Below are positions 1 through 13,430 of a DNA stretch of 64,000 nucleotides, one piece after another. Every line of letters begins with the position of its first letter. The stretch's first letter is position 1. Made by a program: the position numbers and the translations under genes. The stretch is from Octopus sinensis. Lineage: Eukaryota. The stretch is taken from the NCBI RefSeq assembly GCF_006345805.1, contig NC_042997.1, forward strand, positions 103,788,001 to 103,852,000, read 5' to 3'. The notes below the pieces were generated by a model. It searched no databases. It was not told the origin of the DNA and saw nothing but the letters and a program-made list of their open reading frames with translations.

Positions 1-113
1 CAATGACCTCCTATGAATTAATTTCTTGCAAAATGATGGAGTAATACTGTTCCATTCACTTTTCAGTGTTTATGGTCAAGCCTGTAGCAGTTGAGACCTC
101 CGGCGTTGTTTGC

Positions 114-365
114 TTCTCATGGCACCAGCAGACTAAATGGAAACAGCGTTGCACCAGAGAATAGCAAGGGGAATGCACGGGATTAGCTACTCTGATTCAC
201 GGGGCTCGTTCTTTGCTGGTGCCATATCTCCGCTAACCGCTGTTGGGGTGGAAATTGCTGTCCGCAAATAATGAGCCCCGTGAATCAGAGTGGTTAATTC
301 CGTGCATTTCCCTTGCTATTCTCCGGTGCAACGCTGTTTCATTTAGTCTGCTGGTGCCATGAGAA
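114..365. repeat. Long inverted repeat (about 94-bp arms, 114-207 and 273-365)
   Basis: The reverse complement of the left arm matches the right arm with 5 transitions and 1 indel. Confidence 0.95.
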
Positions 366-1412
366 ATGTTTCTATATTGTGAGAGGCAAGATTATCCATT
401 GGATCCATTGGAGGACATCTTCATGATTTTGGATAATATCTTCCCGTTTGGTAGACTTTGTTCGTTCGCTTCCTAAAGTAATTTGTGAATATAGTAGTAA
501 TTAACTTGAGCTTGTTTCTGAATGCCTACTGAAGATGAGTGTTATCAATAAAGAGAAGGGGGTTGAGATCGAATTCAGGTAGGCCTGTATATAAGACATT
601 TATTCTCACATATTGTTTCGTTTGAAATTTTCAGATGTTTAATCCTGTTGTGTATTTTTCTTGTAGATGCCTGATATTATTCTGAATATTTTATGATTCT
701 AAGGAATATAATTGTCTTCTTAGGAGTATATGTCTCAGCTACACACTTGCTATATTATTAATATTCTACTAGTTTACATCTTAAGAACTACACCTGCATA
801 CATATATATGTGTGTATATATATATGTATAATGTATATGTATGTATATGCAAATATATACAAGCATATATACACGAATTCATACATATACACATGTGAAT
901 CTATATGTGTACATATTTATGTATGTATACTGTATACAAATGTATTAATGTGTGTGTGTGTATATATACATATATACACACACGCATATGTATATTGTTA
1001 TAATTGGGGATGGTCATATTTTGCCAATTAAACACACGCACTATATATTTGGTCTTCACTTCAGCTTCATTATTCTTATTTTAGTTCTGTGACCTCTTCA
1101 GAGACTTTCTATCCCACGTCACAGGATGCGTGACGAAAGAGTTTTGACAAAGAAGCTAAAATAATAACAATAATAACAATAAGCTTAACTGAAGACCAAA
1201 TGCATAATGCATGTGTTTAATCGGCAAAATATAGTATGACGATATCTGTTCAACACATAATTTAACATCAAGAATCTTGCAAAACAAATACATTAACATA
1301 AATCCCGACACTTTTTTTCTCTCTCCTTGTTTTTTCTACTCTCACTCTATTCTTTTTCCTTTCATCCCTTTCTGTGGAAGAGCGTAGACTCAAAACGACC
1401 ATATATATATAT

Positions 1413-1464
<52 letters not shown>

Positions 1465-2099
1465 ATAAAGAGAGAGAGAGAGAGAGCGAGAGGTAACACA
1501 CGAGTAAGTCCCCAGACAACAGAAGAACGAAAATGCTACCTTCTTAAATTGGGTACATTTCAATTTTTTTCATAAAAATACATTAAAAGAAGAATGTTTT
1601 GGTTTTGTTTCACATGTTTCAGTTTTTGAAAAACCTTATCAAAAATATGTACTAAAATAGAATATGCAGAGAGAAAAGAACTATTAATAAAATAAAATTA
1701 AAATATACATTCATAGTTTACTTTCCTTTTTTCTGCAAGATCACGTGGTATTTTCCTCTAATTTTCGTAGCATGACAATTTGAACTGTTTGTGATGGCAA
1801 ATTACTACTGTCTGTGATGGTAAATAACATATATATATATATAAGCGTTTATCTATATGTATATATGTGTGTGTATGTGCACTTTGCTCAACAGCACAAC
1901 ACGTCACCCAGTCCAGGAACTGAAACCACACTCTTAGGCACACGTGTCACACGGCTCCATGAGACATCAAAAAAACCTTAGAGAAACCATTAGGAAGAAC
2001 TGACCGAATAAGAATCGGAAAACGATCTACATGCACCATGACACACGTTTTTTAAAACAAATCAAGTAATCAATAAAATGAGCGGTCCAGTGGTCTCCT

Positions 2100-2304
2100 A
2101 CTCACTGAACAACCCAGATCTAGTTTTCTCTCCCACTTCTACATTTTGGTTGGAGGAACAGCCTTCGAGACAACAATTTAATGGCACAGACATAGTGGCT
2201 TTGAAGGAGTAAGTGTGCACACCAGAATTCTTTCAAAGAGGATTCGAGAGTTTGGGTTCAGCGATGGTGCCAATGCATCGCTTGAAATGGAGGCTATGTT
2301 TGAG
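2100..2304 (+). mobile_element. Mariner transposase C-terminal remnant
   Basis: Frameshifted PDL..., then PEFFQRGFESL(V)QRWCQCI..NGGYV, matching the mariner C-terminus. Confidence 0.6.
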
Positions 2305-3264
2305 TACTACTTTTGTATTAAGGAAAAGGTACTCACTCAATCAACATGTCCATTTTGAACGACTTATGTCTGGTAATAGAAACGTTATGTGTACTTTTGC
2401 ATTACCTTCGCAACAATATTCTAAAGTATGTATGTACACTTGCGCCCGTGCACACACACGGCACAACGTTGCTCCAGTCCACTCAGCTGGTAAAATGTGA
2501 GTAATCCTGCGACGGACCGCCGTCCCGTCCATCTGGGAATATATACGCCACGAAGACCAGCCCTACGAGACTACATGGCTCGGGAAGGACTTAATTTTGA
2601 ATGTCTTAACGTACCGCTTGCTGTACATTTCGCAGTCAGTTCTTGATGAACTAGTTTCATATATCTGCTTGCTGGTTTCAATAATTTTCAGTTGATTTTT
2701 AAACGAAGTCCATAACAACCGTTGTCATATTATTCCTTTCCTTTTTATTTTTGGTAGACTTATTGCTATGAGTGACGGCTACCGGTGAACAGCATAACCG
2801 GGACTATTCCGTTTTTAGAAAAATAACTTATAGCAGCAGCAGAACTTGGGGTATTGCAATAAATGAAAACTAACAAGAAATACGAAGGTATATTATGATG
2901 ATGAGAGTGGTGGCCACATAAATCATTTACTCATATGAGTGTCTCGGAACATTTTTATCTTAGTCTAATATATCTTGTTCAAATCAACTTGAGGGTGGGT
3001 ACTATACTGAAAAGACAATAAAAGAACTCTGTACTGTAAGTGAACGAAACACTCATTAATTTCACAGTGCTGCCCTAAGATCAAAGTATGCACAATTAAT
3101 AACATAGGTGGGTTCCTGGTGACTATGACCCCGAGTGAGTCAAATTCCCTAATTTGTAGCAAAGAGACCATTTAGTAAAGAATTACCTTTATATAAATCG
3201 TTCTATTTTAACCTGATGTTAGTTGTAAGTACATCATGTATATATACTATGCGCATATATATAT

Positions 3265-3310
<46 letters not shown>

Positions 3311-3313
<3 letters not shown>

Positions 3314-3611
3314 TTATATATAAAAGTGAAGTTGTGTGAGTGTCTGCCTCCTACGATTTAGATTCCTAACTACTCCCACATTTTGCGGTGCAGTGTAACC
3401 AAAAGCGGGTATCTTATAGTCGTGATTCATATCGAGCCCTTCTGGATATTAGCACACGCCTACGATGAGTCTACGATTAAAAAAAAATTACCATCATTTT
3501 TTCCCACTTTTAATGCATTTTTTGGCTATTATATAAGAGAAGTAACTCTCTAAAAATGCTTATATAGTTATTTCCCTTACAAACCCGAGCAACACCGGGC
3601 GATACTGCTAG
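3311..3611 (+). mobile_element. Non-autonomous Helitron-like element
   Basis: Starts TC(TTTATATATAAAAG), has a subterminal hairpin CCCG-AGCAACAC-CGGG, ends CTAG, and lies between A and T within (TA)n. Confidence 0.6.
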
Positions 3612-3724
3612 TATATATATATATATATACTCATTTGTGGCAGAAAGAAAGGCCATTTAGTAAAAAAGCTAGCTATTTATAAGGTGTTGTAGCTATTTTA
3701 TTTTGATGGTAAGTACATCGGTGA

Positions 3725-4015
3725 AGGCGCATGGATCTGTTGTTAGAGCATCGGGATCACAATCATGAGGTAGTGAGTTCAATTCCCGGACTGGGCTGTA
3801 TTGTGTTCTAGAGCAAGACACTTTATTTCACGTTGTTCCAATTCATTCTGCTGTACAAATAAGTTGCGACGTTACTGGTGCCGAGCTGTATCGGCCTTTG
3901 CCTTTCCAGTGAATATCATCACTGGTGTGTAGAGGGAAGGCTGGTATGCATAGGTGACTGCTGGTCTTCCATAAACTACCTTGCCGAGACTTGTGCCTCG
4001 GAAGGGAACTTTCTA
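3725..4015 (+). mobile_element. tRNA-derived SINE, family 3
   Basis: tRNA-like head with B-box GAGTTCAATTCCC, then TGTGTTCTAGAGCAAGACACTT; homologous to 23370-23652 on the minus strand. Confidence 0.7.
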
Positions 4016-4670
4016 GATGTAGTCTCATTGTCATTTATAACCGATGTCTTTACTCTTTTTACATCATGCATGTATATATGATCATATTTTATCTAGTTTC
4101 AGCTCACTAGCTGTGGCCATGCTGGGGCATCGTCAGTTATATATATATATATGTATATATATATAAATATATATATATGAATGTATGTATACACCCATAA
4201 CTCGCACATAAATCATATTACTAAAATAACAGATGAGTAGTTGAGTAGTTTGAAATGGCGGATTACATTTCATGGAAGATACAGCTACTATTTCTAGCTG
4301 GCCCCGAGACCGTGTAGTAGCTACCTAAATGGCACGCCTTAGTTACATTTGTATAGGTATGGTGTCGGTCAATGAAGCCGCCGTAGTTATAGTAATAGTT
4401 GTATCATGTATATTTTGCTGATCGTTCACGTAGTTAGGAGTTCATGTCATTTATCTCTATAGTCGTTGTCGTTGCCATTATGGCATCTGCTGCTGCTGCT
4501 GATGATGATGATGATGTTGGTGTCGATAATGACTTTCATACATTCACTGACACCACAGTTCTCATGCGAACAGAACTAATTGTATGACTTGGTCTCGCTT
4601 GACTGGAGAGGAAATCATTCAGTGTCACTTCACTAATCACTCAAGTTTTATAGCTGCCATTACCGTCTTT

Positions 4671-4711
<41 letters not shown>

Positions 4712-4769
4712 CATTATAGCTAAGTGTTTTACTCTGTTTTTTTTTCTCTTTCCTCTTCTCTTCCGCCAT

Positions 4770-4910
4770 CCCTTCTTCTTCTTCTTCTTCTTCTTCTTCT
4801 CTTCTTCTTCTTCTTCTTCTTCTTCTTCTTCTTCTTCTTCTTCTCCTTCTTCTCCTCCTTCTTCTTCTTCTTCTTCTTCTTCTTCTTCTTCTTCTTCTTC
4901 TTCTTCTTCT
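4770..4910. repeat. (TTC)n microsatellite (one example of dozens of di-, tri- and tetranucleotide tracts)
   Basis: Directly visible. Confidence 0.95.
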
Positions 4911-5395
4911 ATTTACCTATTTCCTCTTTCCCTGTCCGTTTCTCTAACACGATGCACAGATGTTTTAGCCCATTGTTATTCTGTTAGTTACCCGGATGTT
5001 ACATCTCTATTACACTTTTATATTTCCAGTGATTTCGTATTTTTAAAACATCCACTCCTCCCATATATAACAACAACAGCAACAACTACTACTACTACTA
5101 CTACCACCACCACCACCATCAGAGCAGTCTCGATTACATTATAAGGTCCTGGCCAAAGCAATGCACTCGCAATTGTGCAGACCCAAGTGCAGCACATACA
5201 GATTTACATACAGCAATTATAGATTACCAATAGGCCCTCAGACTAGTGGGGCTGCCTAGTGCGCCTACACCTAACTACTACTACTGCTACTGCTGCTGCT
5301 GCCTAGAGCTGTCTTCTTGATAGGGCCTTGACGAAGGCAAAGTAGTGGAGCCTGTACATACTCAAGCGCATCCTACATACAGCATATATGTATTA

Positions 5396-5593
5396 CCTAT
5401 TTCTTTACTATCCACAAGGGGCTAAACACAGAGAGGACAGACAAACGGATTAAGTCGATTATATTGATCCCAGTGCGTAACTGGTACTTAATTTATCGAC
5501 CCCGAAAGGAATTTGAACTCAGAACGTAACGGCAGACGAAATACCGCTAAGCATTTTGCCCGACGTGCTAGCGATTCTGCCAGCTCGCTGCCT
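5396..5593 (-). mobile_element. tRNA-derived SINE family 1, tail type B (internally deleted)
   Basis: Head GGCAGCGAGCTGGCAGAATCG; tail TGTCCTCTCTGTGTTTAGCCCCTTGTGGATAGTAAAGAAATAGG. Confidence 0.8.
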
Positions 5594-5810
5594 TGCATAT
5601 ATGTATTATCATTGGGCATCTAGACTCATGACAAGCATTGATAGTACTACTACTGCTGCTACCACTACTACTACTGCTGCTACCACTACTACTACTGCTA
5701 TTGCTGTTGCTGATACTGCTGCTTCTGCTGCTGAATTTGTTACTCTCACTCTGAACCAGTGCAACCGTACTCTTAATGTTATCGATATTAAGAAATGCTC
5801 TGTAACTCTT

Positions 5811-6180
5811 TTCTACTCTAGGTACAAAGCTAGAAATTTTTGGGGAGGTGAGGCAGTCGATTACATCGACTCCAGTACACAACCGGTACTTAATTTATCG
5901 ACCTCGAAAGGATGAAAGTCAAAGTCGATATCAGCGGAATTTGAACTCAGAACGTAAAGACAGATAAAATACCTATTTCATTACTACCCACAAGGGGCTA
6001 AACACAGAGGGGACAAACAAGGAAAAACAAACGGATTAAGTCGATTATATCGACCCCAGTGCGTAACTGGTACTTATTTAATCGACCCCGAAAGGATGAA
6101 AGGCAAAGTCGACCTCGGCGGAATTTGAACTGAGAACGTAAAGACAGATAAAATACCGCTTAAGCGTTTCGCCCGGCGTG
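5811..6180 (-). mobile_element. Dimeric SINE family 1 (type-B monomer followed by 5'-clipped type-A monomer)
   Basis: Two tandem copies of the GTCGACTTTGCCTTTCATCCTTTCGGGGTCGAT core with different tails. Confidence 0.8.
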
Positions 6181-6871
6181 ACAAATACTCTGTAACTAAA
6201 TGAAAAATACTCTTTATAAGGTTAATGTTGACAGTTCTCTATGGTTTGTTAATTTTTAGTTTCATTTTTTTGTTTGTTTGCAGCCTTATGAATACATAAT
6301 TTGTGCTAACATTTCTTTAAAAATACCAAATTTCGAAAGTCGATTGCGCAGTGATGTAGTTCACATACATAATGGACTTTGCAATTATGTATAATGATGA
6401 TGGCGGTAGTCTCAGGTAGTTCGAGACAGTTCCGCAATTTTTTTGCTGAACAACCTGTGCATACGGTTTGTTTATGGTAAACAAATATTATATGTCCTGT
6501 ATATTAGTTCACTCCCTCCATCAAATGGATGTTGCCTGATCAGGCGTAGAGTATGCCACATGCCAGTGTCGAGTTATCGCAGAGCAACGCGGGGCGAAGT
6601 GTTTTGTTCAAGAATAGAACGTAGCACCCAGTCCAGATACTGAAACCACGATCACGCGATTGTGAAGGCAACGGCATAACCACTAAGCCATGCTCCCTTA
6701 TACGTTACAAATACAGCTAAATTTAAAAAAACAATATGTGAAAAATATCATCTATTGGTCTCATATTTTAGCCCTTGATAATGTTCATCATTTATCTTTT
6801 ATCTTTTACTGGTTTCACCACACACACACACACAGAGGCGCACGCCCGCAAACACACACACACACACACAT

Positions 6872-6918
<47 letters not shown>

Positions 6919-7468
6919 GTGATCACGTGACCGACAAGCTTGCTATCAAATATTGTTATACATCGCTGGTTACAGTACGCTTTTGCAATGTTTTTGCTTG
7001 CAAATGACGCCACCCGCTGGATAGGCGAACAGACCAACCCCCTCTCTCTGATCGAAAGGGAGACTGGAGCAACGTGAAAGGATGCGTTTCGCTCAAGGGC
7101 ACAACGCGTCACTCAATCAAGTAATTGAACCCACGATCTGGAGATCGTGAGTGAAACAGACTTACCATTTGGCCACGAACCTTCACACACACATGCGCCG
7201 GCTCACCCATTATAATTTGAAGAAAAAATAATTGAAATGGGTTGATTCCTCTCGTCTTAGTACTGATGATTCCAGTAAAGAGATTACAGGACATTTAAGA
7301 TGAGACATAAAGAGCTAAAGACAGCGAAATATCCATTTAAGTAGTTGAATTATATTGATTCGAAAGGGAGAAATTCAACATTATCAACACGTATAAATAT
7401 TTGGTAGAACATAGGTAAACATATTATTGTGTCGACAATTTGCTTTCATTATGCTTATGGTTTAAAAG

Positions 7469-7670
7469 GGGGCAGCGAGCTGGTAGAATCGTTACTGCAC
7501 CGGGCAAAATATTTTGCGGCATTTCTTCTTGTCATACGTTGTGGGTTCAAATTCTGCCGAGGTCGTCATATCCTTCCGGGCTCGATAAAATAAGCACCAG
7601 CATTGGCGTCGATGTGATCGACTGGCTCTCTGCTTCAAAATTTCAGGCCTTGTGCCTCTAATAAAAAGGA
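7469..7670 (+). mobile_element. SINE family 1, tail type A
   Basis: GGCAGCGAGCTGGTAGAATCG head, GGTTCAAATTC B-box, tail AAAATTTCAGGCCTTGTGCC. Confidence 0.8.
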
Positions 7671-7884
7671 TATTTATGGCTTAAAACAAGAAAGAGCAGC
7701 TCCTATGATCATTTTGTAGAGCCTCCAAGAATAGAGTAGTGGCGCGAAAGAAGAATGAATGATTCATGAGTTGTTGCAGTATGTAGCACTGCACATGGAT
7801 ATGTACTTGTTCGCAAGCCTAATCTATGTGCGTGCGTCAGAATGGACTCATCGAAAGGCATTCTGCTAACCAATAAAACTAAAA

Positions 7885-8142
7885 CAAATAAATGCGCCCT
7901 TTTTAAAGGCTAACCAGGATCATGGACCCGGTTTCCCGGTTTCCATGGCGTATGTGTTCCCAAGCTGGACGGGACGCCAGTCCATCGCAGCGTTACTCAT
8001 TTTTGCGAGCTGAGTGGACTGGAGCAACATGAAATGAAGTGTTTTGCTCAAGAACACAACGCGTCGCCAGGTCCACGAATCGAAACCACAATCTTACGAT
8101 CATGATGATGTCACCCTAACCACTAAGCCACGTACCTCCACC
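7885..8142 (-). mobile_element. SINE family 3 (V-SINE-like body)
   Basis: Minus strand: GTGGAGGTACGTGGCTTAGTGGTTAGGG head ... TGCGATGGACTGGCGTCCCGTCCAG. Confidence 0.75.
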
Positions 8143-8289
8143 TGCTAACCAATAGTCAGATAAAACTGGATGATGGATTAAGTTTACCACTAAAGGAGCG
8201 TTTCATGTATTATTTATGCTACCCATGCAACAGCGAAAGGAGTTATATGCATTAAAAATATTTATCCGCCAGAACCTTTAGCCCACAAA

Positions 8290-8470
8290 GCAAAATGCTT
8301 AACGGCATTTCGTCTGACCTTACGGTCTGAGTTCAAATTCTGCTGAAGTCGACTTTGCCTTTCATCCTTTCAAAGTCGTTAAAAAAAGTGCCAGTCAATT
8401 ACTGAGCTCGATGTAATTGACTTCCTCACCCTTCAAAATTGCTGTCCTTGTACCAAAACAAGAAAAGAAT
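8290..8470 (+). mobile_element. SINE family 1, 5'-truncated
   Basis: Contains GAGTTCAAATTC and GTCGACTTTGCCTTTCATCC. Confidence 0.75.
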
Positions 8471-8962
8471 ATCTATCCACCATTAGCAGAAGAGAGGTCT
8501 GGTCGTACCAGAGTACCAGAGTAACTGGTGGGGTTTCACTCATATAACTCCTCTAAAGTATCTACTTTCATGTGCTGCCCCTCGCAACGGCTTCGTCTTG
8601 TCTGATCTTGATGTGGGTAGCAGACAATATTTAGGAAGAGAATGAAATCAGTAACGGCTGGGTGACAGATGATGCCTTTCGCAAGATACGAAAAAGTATT
8701 CTTCTGCCATTTGGTAAGAGTTATCCTCCCCAACCCGCGAGACTGCGCTTCACGATGAAGTGGTTTCTCCTCTCAAGTATTCAGTCATTGAATCTTCCAC
8801 ATATTGAACAACCAACCGATGATGAGTAACAATACAAACAGGTACGTCCGACTGGGACAATTAAAAGCCCTTTGCGGTGCACTTATTTTAACGGCAGCTG
8901 TAGTAGTAGTAGTAGTAGTGGTAGTGGTGGTGGTGGTGGTAGTAGTAGTAGTAATGGTGGTG

Positions 8963-8998
<36 letters not shown>

Positions 8999-10232
8999 GT
9001 AATAGTAGTAGCAGTAGTGATGGTGTAGTGGTGGCAGTAGCATCAAAGTATTAGGATCTCGAGTCCAAACCTTTCAATTTTTAGTATATGTCCACATTGT
9101 GTATTAAGGTAGGAACAGTAACTCCCACACCCGTTTTGCAGGACAGACAAAGGATAAAATTTTCGAGTCAACAGATTAATATAATCAGTTCCCTATTTTA
9201 TTTTGCTTCTTTTCATCGTTAACCCTTGTTGCTGGTTGTAGAACAAAGCATATAAGATCTTGACTGCACAAGATTGATTGTTAAAGTTGTTAACCAGAAC
9301 CTTTAAACATAAGCAACTAGTGTCTTTCGAGAAATCTTATGTGCAGGTAGTGAATTTACATATAGCTGTGCCCCTATCCTTCGAAGCAAAAACTTACAGA
9401 GCAATGAAAAGAGCAGGACGATATCGATGATTTATTAATATGTTCACACATTGATAAGGAAATCTTTACAATTTTTGTTCTTCATATATCAGTAACTGTT
9501 ACGTCAATGATGATTCATAAACATGTAAGGGGAAGTTGACGAAATATGTTCAATGATTTATTTTTCCTGTTGTTGTACTGCGATGAAAATTTTTTCCGTT
9601 TGATCGCTTCTTATAATACTGATCAACCTGCACTTCTTTGGATACAATCGCACAAAATTAACACTTACTCATACATACACAAAACTTGCCATTCAAGCAA
9701 ATAAAGATATACAAATAACACGAATATAAAGACACGCACCGAACTACACAACGTTTGCCTACATAATTTAATACTGAATAGAAAGTACATTCACACATTC
9801 ACACAAACACGCACAAAGAGAGTGAGAAAGTGAGAGTAAGAGGTGGAGAGATGGGGAGAGAAGGAGAGAGGGGGAGAGAGAGAAATACAGAGAAGAATAT
9901 TAAAAGAGAAGCGATCGCAGTCTTATAAAGAAACCACAGAAATTTATAATGTGAAAATATATACAAATAGTGGGTACAATTACTTAGTAACCTTCCCACA
10001 TGCATACATACATGCATACATACAGGCATAACACTGACTCACACACACACACAATTATACACGCCCATACATTTTGAAATACAAGATAACAAACGTACAA
10101 ACGTAAAGTGGCATATTGTATACAAAAAATTACTCTCTCTCACACACATACACGTATGCAAATATACATACATATATAAATATGTATATACATACATACA
10201 TATATACATACATACATACATATATATATATA

Positions 10233-10296
<64 letters not shown>

Positions 10297-11899
10297 CATA
10301 CATATACATACATATATATATACATACATACCCGCGTACACATAAATACATATACACATATACACGTATATAAATGTGTATACATATTCACAATATTTTA
10401 TTAAATGATAGAAAAACAAAAGCAAGACACATGAACACAATGGAAGACAGGTGTTATAAACACATACATCTGCATCTACAGAAACACGCATACAGAGAAA
10501 ATCACACACAATGAATGAAGCATGATCACACGCTCAAACAGGTGTTTTAGTGTATTATTCTATATCTTTTCTCAATTCAACGTAATTTTATTGTATTTTA
10601 TTTTGCACGACCATTTATTTATTCATACATGTCAATGATTCTGACCTCGGTGGAAGATAATGTTTCATATACGTATGCATGCATACATGTATGTATATAT
10701 GCATGTATGTGTTTATGTAAGTATGTATGTGTGTGTATGTGTGTGCGTGCGTGTATGTATGTGTGTGTGTGTGTACACGTATCTGTTTTTGGGTGTTTTT
10801 CTTTGAGCTTTATTTAAATTCTTCGCAGAACTGAAGCCGGACTGGAATAATATGAATGATTTTTTCTTTTTGTTTAAGTTAATGTTTGCATATACCAGAG
10901 GGTATGCGTTGCTATACTTTCAACAATGTAATTGGAGAATTTTGGGCATGTTATATAAACCATCTCTATACTGTTAATCAATTAAATCGCAAGAATATTT
11001 CTCCTGTCTTGGAGAGCATCATCATTTCCAAGCCACATGCAATCTTGTTGTTACATAACCCAGCCAACCTATGATAATAGGTACAAATGAAATTCTATAG
11101 CATCGGTACATGAAGTGTGAGTTCTGCGTTAGTTATCACAGATGTTTCCTTTTTACAGAACTTTAGAGGAGACACTGAAATCCAGTCGGCAATTACCAGC
11201 TGCAACAGTGCAAGACCTTTGTTCCCTGTCTCATAAAACAATATCAAGTCCGTTGTGTCTGCACCAGATAGCTGTCTCATAGACATATTACACCAGTGCA
11301 GTTATTATTTTTAAGTCTATAGATACATGCCCTTTTTAGTATGATCAGGGTAATCCTTCCTACGGACTGCATTGCAAATAATATAAGCAAAACTTTCATA
11401 TCCGAGGAGAAAGCAGTAGAATCATGCAAAAATGTTTGGACTGCTGGTAATGAAGTTGATGATATTTTACTGATATTACTCACTTGTATAATATAATCAC
11501 TATTTTTTAAAAATTGAAAACATGCTTTCTTCTTCATGTATTTAATAAGACTTTCATTTTATTGACTTGCAAAAACGTATCCTTCTACATGGGATATGAC
11601 GGCGATCACATGTGCAAGAGACGGTACTGTCTCTATCAGCGTCGATATTTGTTAAAGTAGAATTATTTGCTATGATGATTGTTTCTCCTCCAAGTGTCTG
11701 TTTGAGCAGGTTTGGCTGACTACCTTGAGGTTACAAGGAAGAACTGGTCTTTCATAATTCCTGTCCAGAAATTTTTCAGTCATTTTTATGATGTTATTTT
11801 CATTGCTGTATGCAAACGAGATGTATTCATTTCTCCTTTCACAATTCAGTAGGTATTGGCTAAAACATATTCTATGGAGCACTAAGACCACTTGAATTG

Positions 11900-13080
11900 A
11901 CCACATACCTTTGGCTCCATATTTTCTCCAGTGGGGATATTACCTTATTAATGCCAATTTCTTTAGATGTGGCATAAAGCCCATAAGTTTGATACAAGCA
12001 CTGGCATTAAAAAAAACTTATGAAACTTATTTTTGTTGAATACTGACATTTTCATCTTCCGAAGATTACTGAAGTATTTCTTTGTCATCCCAGCCGTTCT
12101 GATAGCACAAACCCATATAATATTCTCATTGATTGCGGCATACTTCGGATGTTCGTCACAAGAAATCAGGGTGACAGACAAGCCATTGGTATTTATACTT
12201 TGCCTGCTCAGCAATCATCTCACAACTTAATACTAAATATGAACAAAAATCTATTGCTACGTCTCTTGAAAATGTTGTTTCCGTCTTTGATTGTCTTTTA
12301 TTGTTGTTATGAATAGTACTGAAATACAAATTCAGACCATTTTAGAAAACGTGTGTGAGGGTGGGAGGCTGGGGGCGTAGAGGATGCATTAATTTTCCTC
12401 TCCATAGCAGATCTTAAGATGTTGATCTGGTACATATTTGTATTTCCAGTGTAGAAAAGTGATCGGGTTCTAGGACGAACAAGCTGAAATATTAACGCCA
12501 AAATTTCAGTTGTATTTTGGACTACACTTCCAGTTCTAATTGATAAATATGGAAATCATTGTAAAGTCAGTCTTTCAATGGCATCGACTATAGTAAATGG
12601 GACCATGGAAAGGCACAGTAACTCTATTAGCAATAAATGAGAAACAAAATGAGACGCGCTCATATTTGTTGAAGGATGTTGTCAGAAGACTTTGGTGATG
12701 CATCTTCACTTCCACAATGACAGTTTTCTTGATTTTGAACAATACTCAAATAACCCAGGACTCCCTTCTCCTTGCAAGTTCGTCAGTCACGCGTCAGTTG
12801 TTTTGCAGAGATCTTAAAAAAAAACTCATCCAACGAATATCCATAGAGTTTATGTGTATATAAAACTCCAAAATTATGGAATTGAGTAGATAAAATCCAG
12901 GCTACATATGTTTCATACCTAGTAGAACCTCGGAAACTGTAATAACCGGAACGAGGAGTAATTGATGAGAAAAAAATTACATCCTTCTACATCAATAAAC
13001 CACTATTCATACTGAAAGTTGCTTGTTATACCTTCTACGGACTGCTTGAAGTTTACCAACTTCCTGCATCTTGAACCATC
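11900..13080 (+). mobile_element. Possible highly decayed non-LTR RT (L2/Rex1-like)
   Basis: Scattered motif-like peptides in shifting frames: KTT*IDHIP, GVEDALIFL, VF(L)DYTS, TNFLHLEPSK. No YADD found. Confidence 0.25.
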
Positions 13081-13085
13081 GAAGT

Positions 13086-13157
<72 letters not shown>

Positions 13158-13430
13158 TGTTGATATAAGTTTCTGGAAACTTCCAAGAGAAAGTGAAATA
13201 ATTCGTTTTCGGAAAAGAGGATCTCAAACCACAAAAAGCTATAAATAACAGTATGCAAATATTTTATTGAAAAACCAGCTTAACATGCTTCGAGATCCAC
13301 AATTACAAAAAATGAATATATGTGTGTGTGTGAGTGTGTGTACCTGCATATAAGCAGCAATGAATTAATAAATCATTCCACACCGTGTTTAACAACAAAG
13401 AAATTAGTAGCTTATGGTAATTTATACTTT

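Noticed and set aside
8470-8800. Possible RTE 5' region on the minus strand
   Set aside because: Only a vague resemblance; no diagnostic motif.
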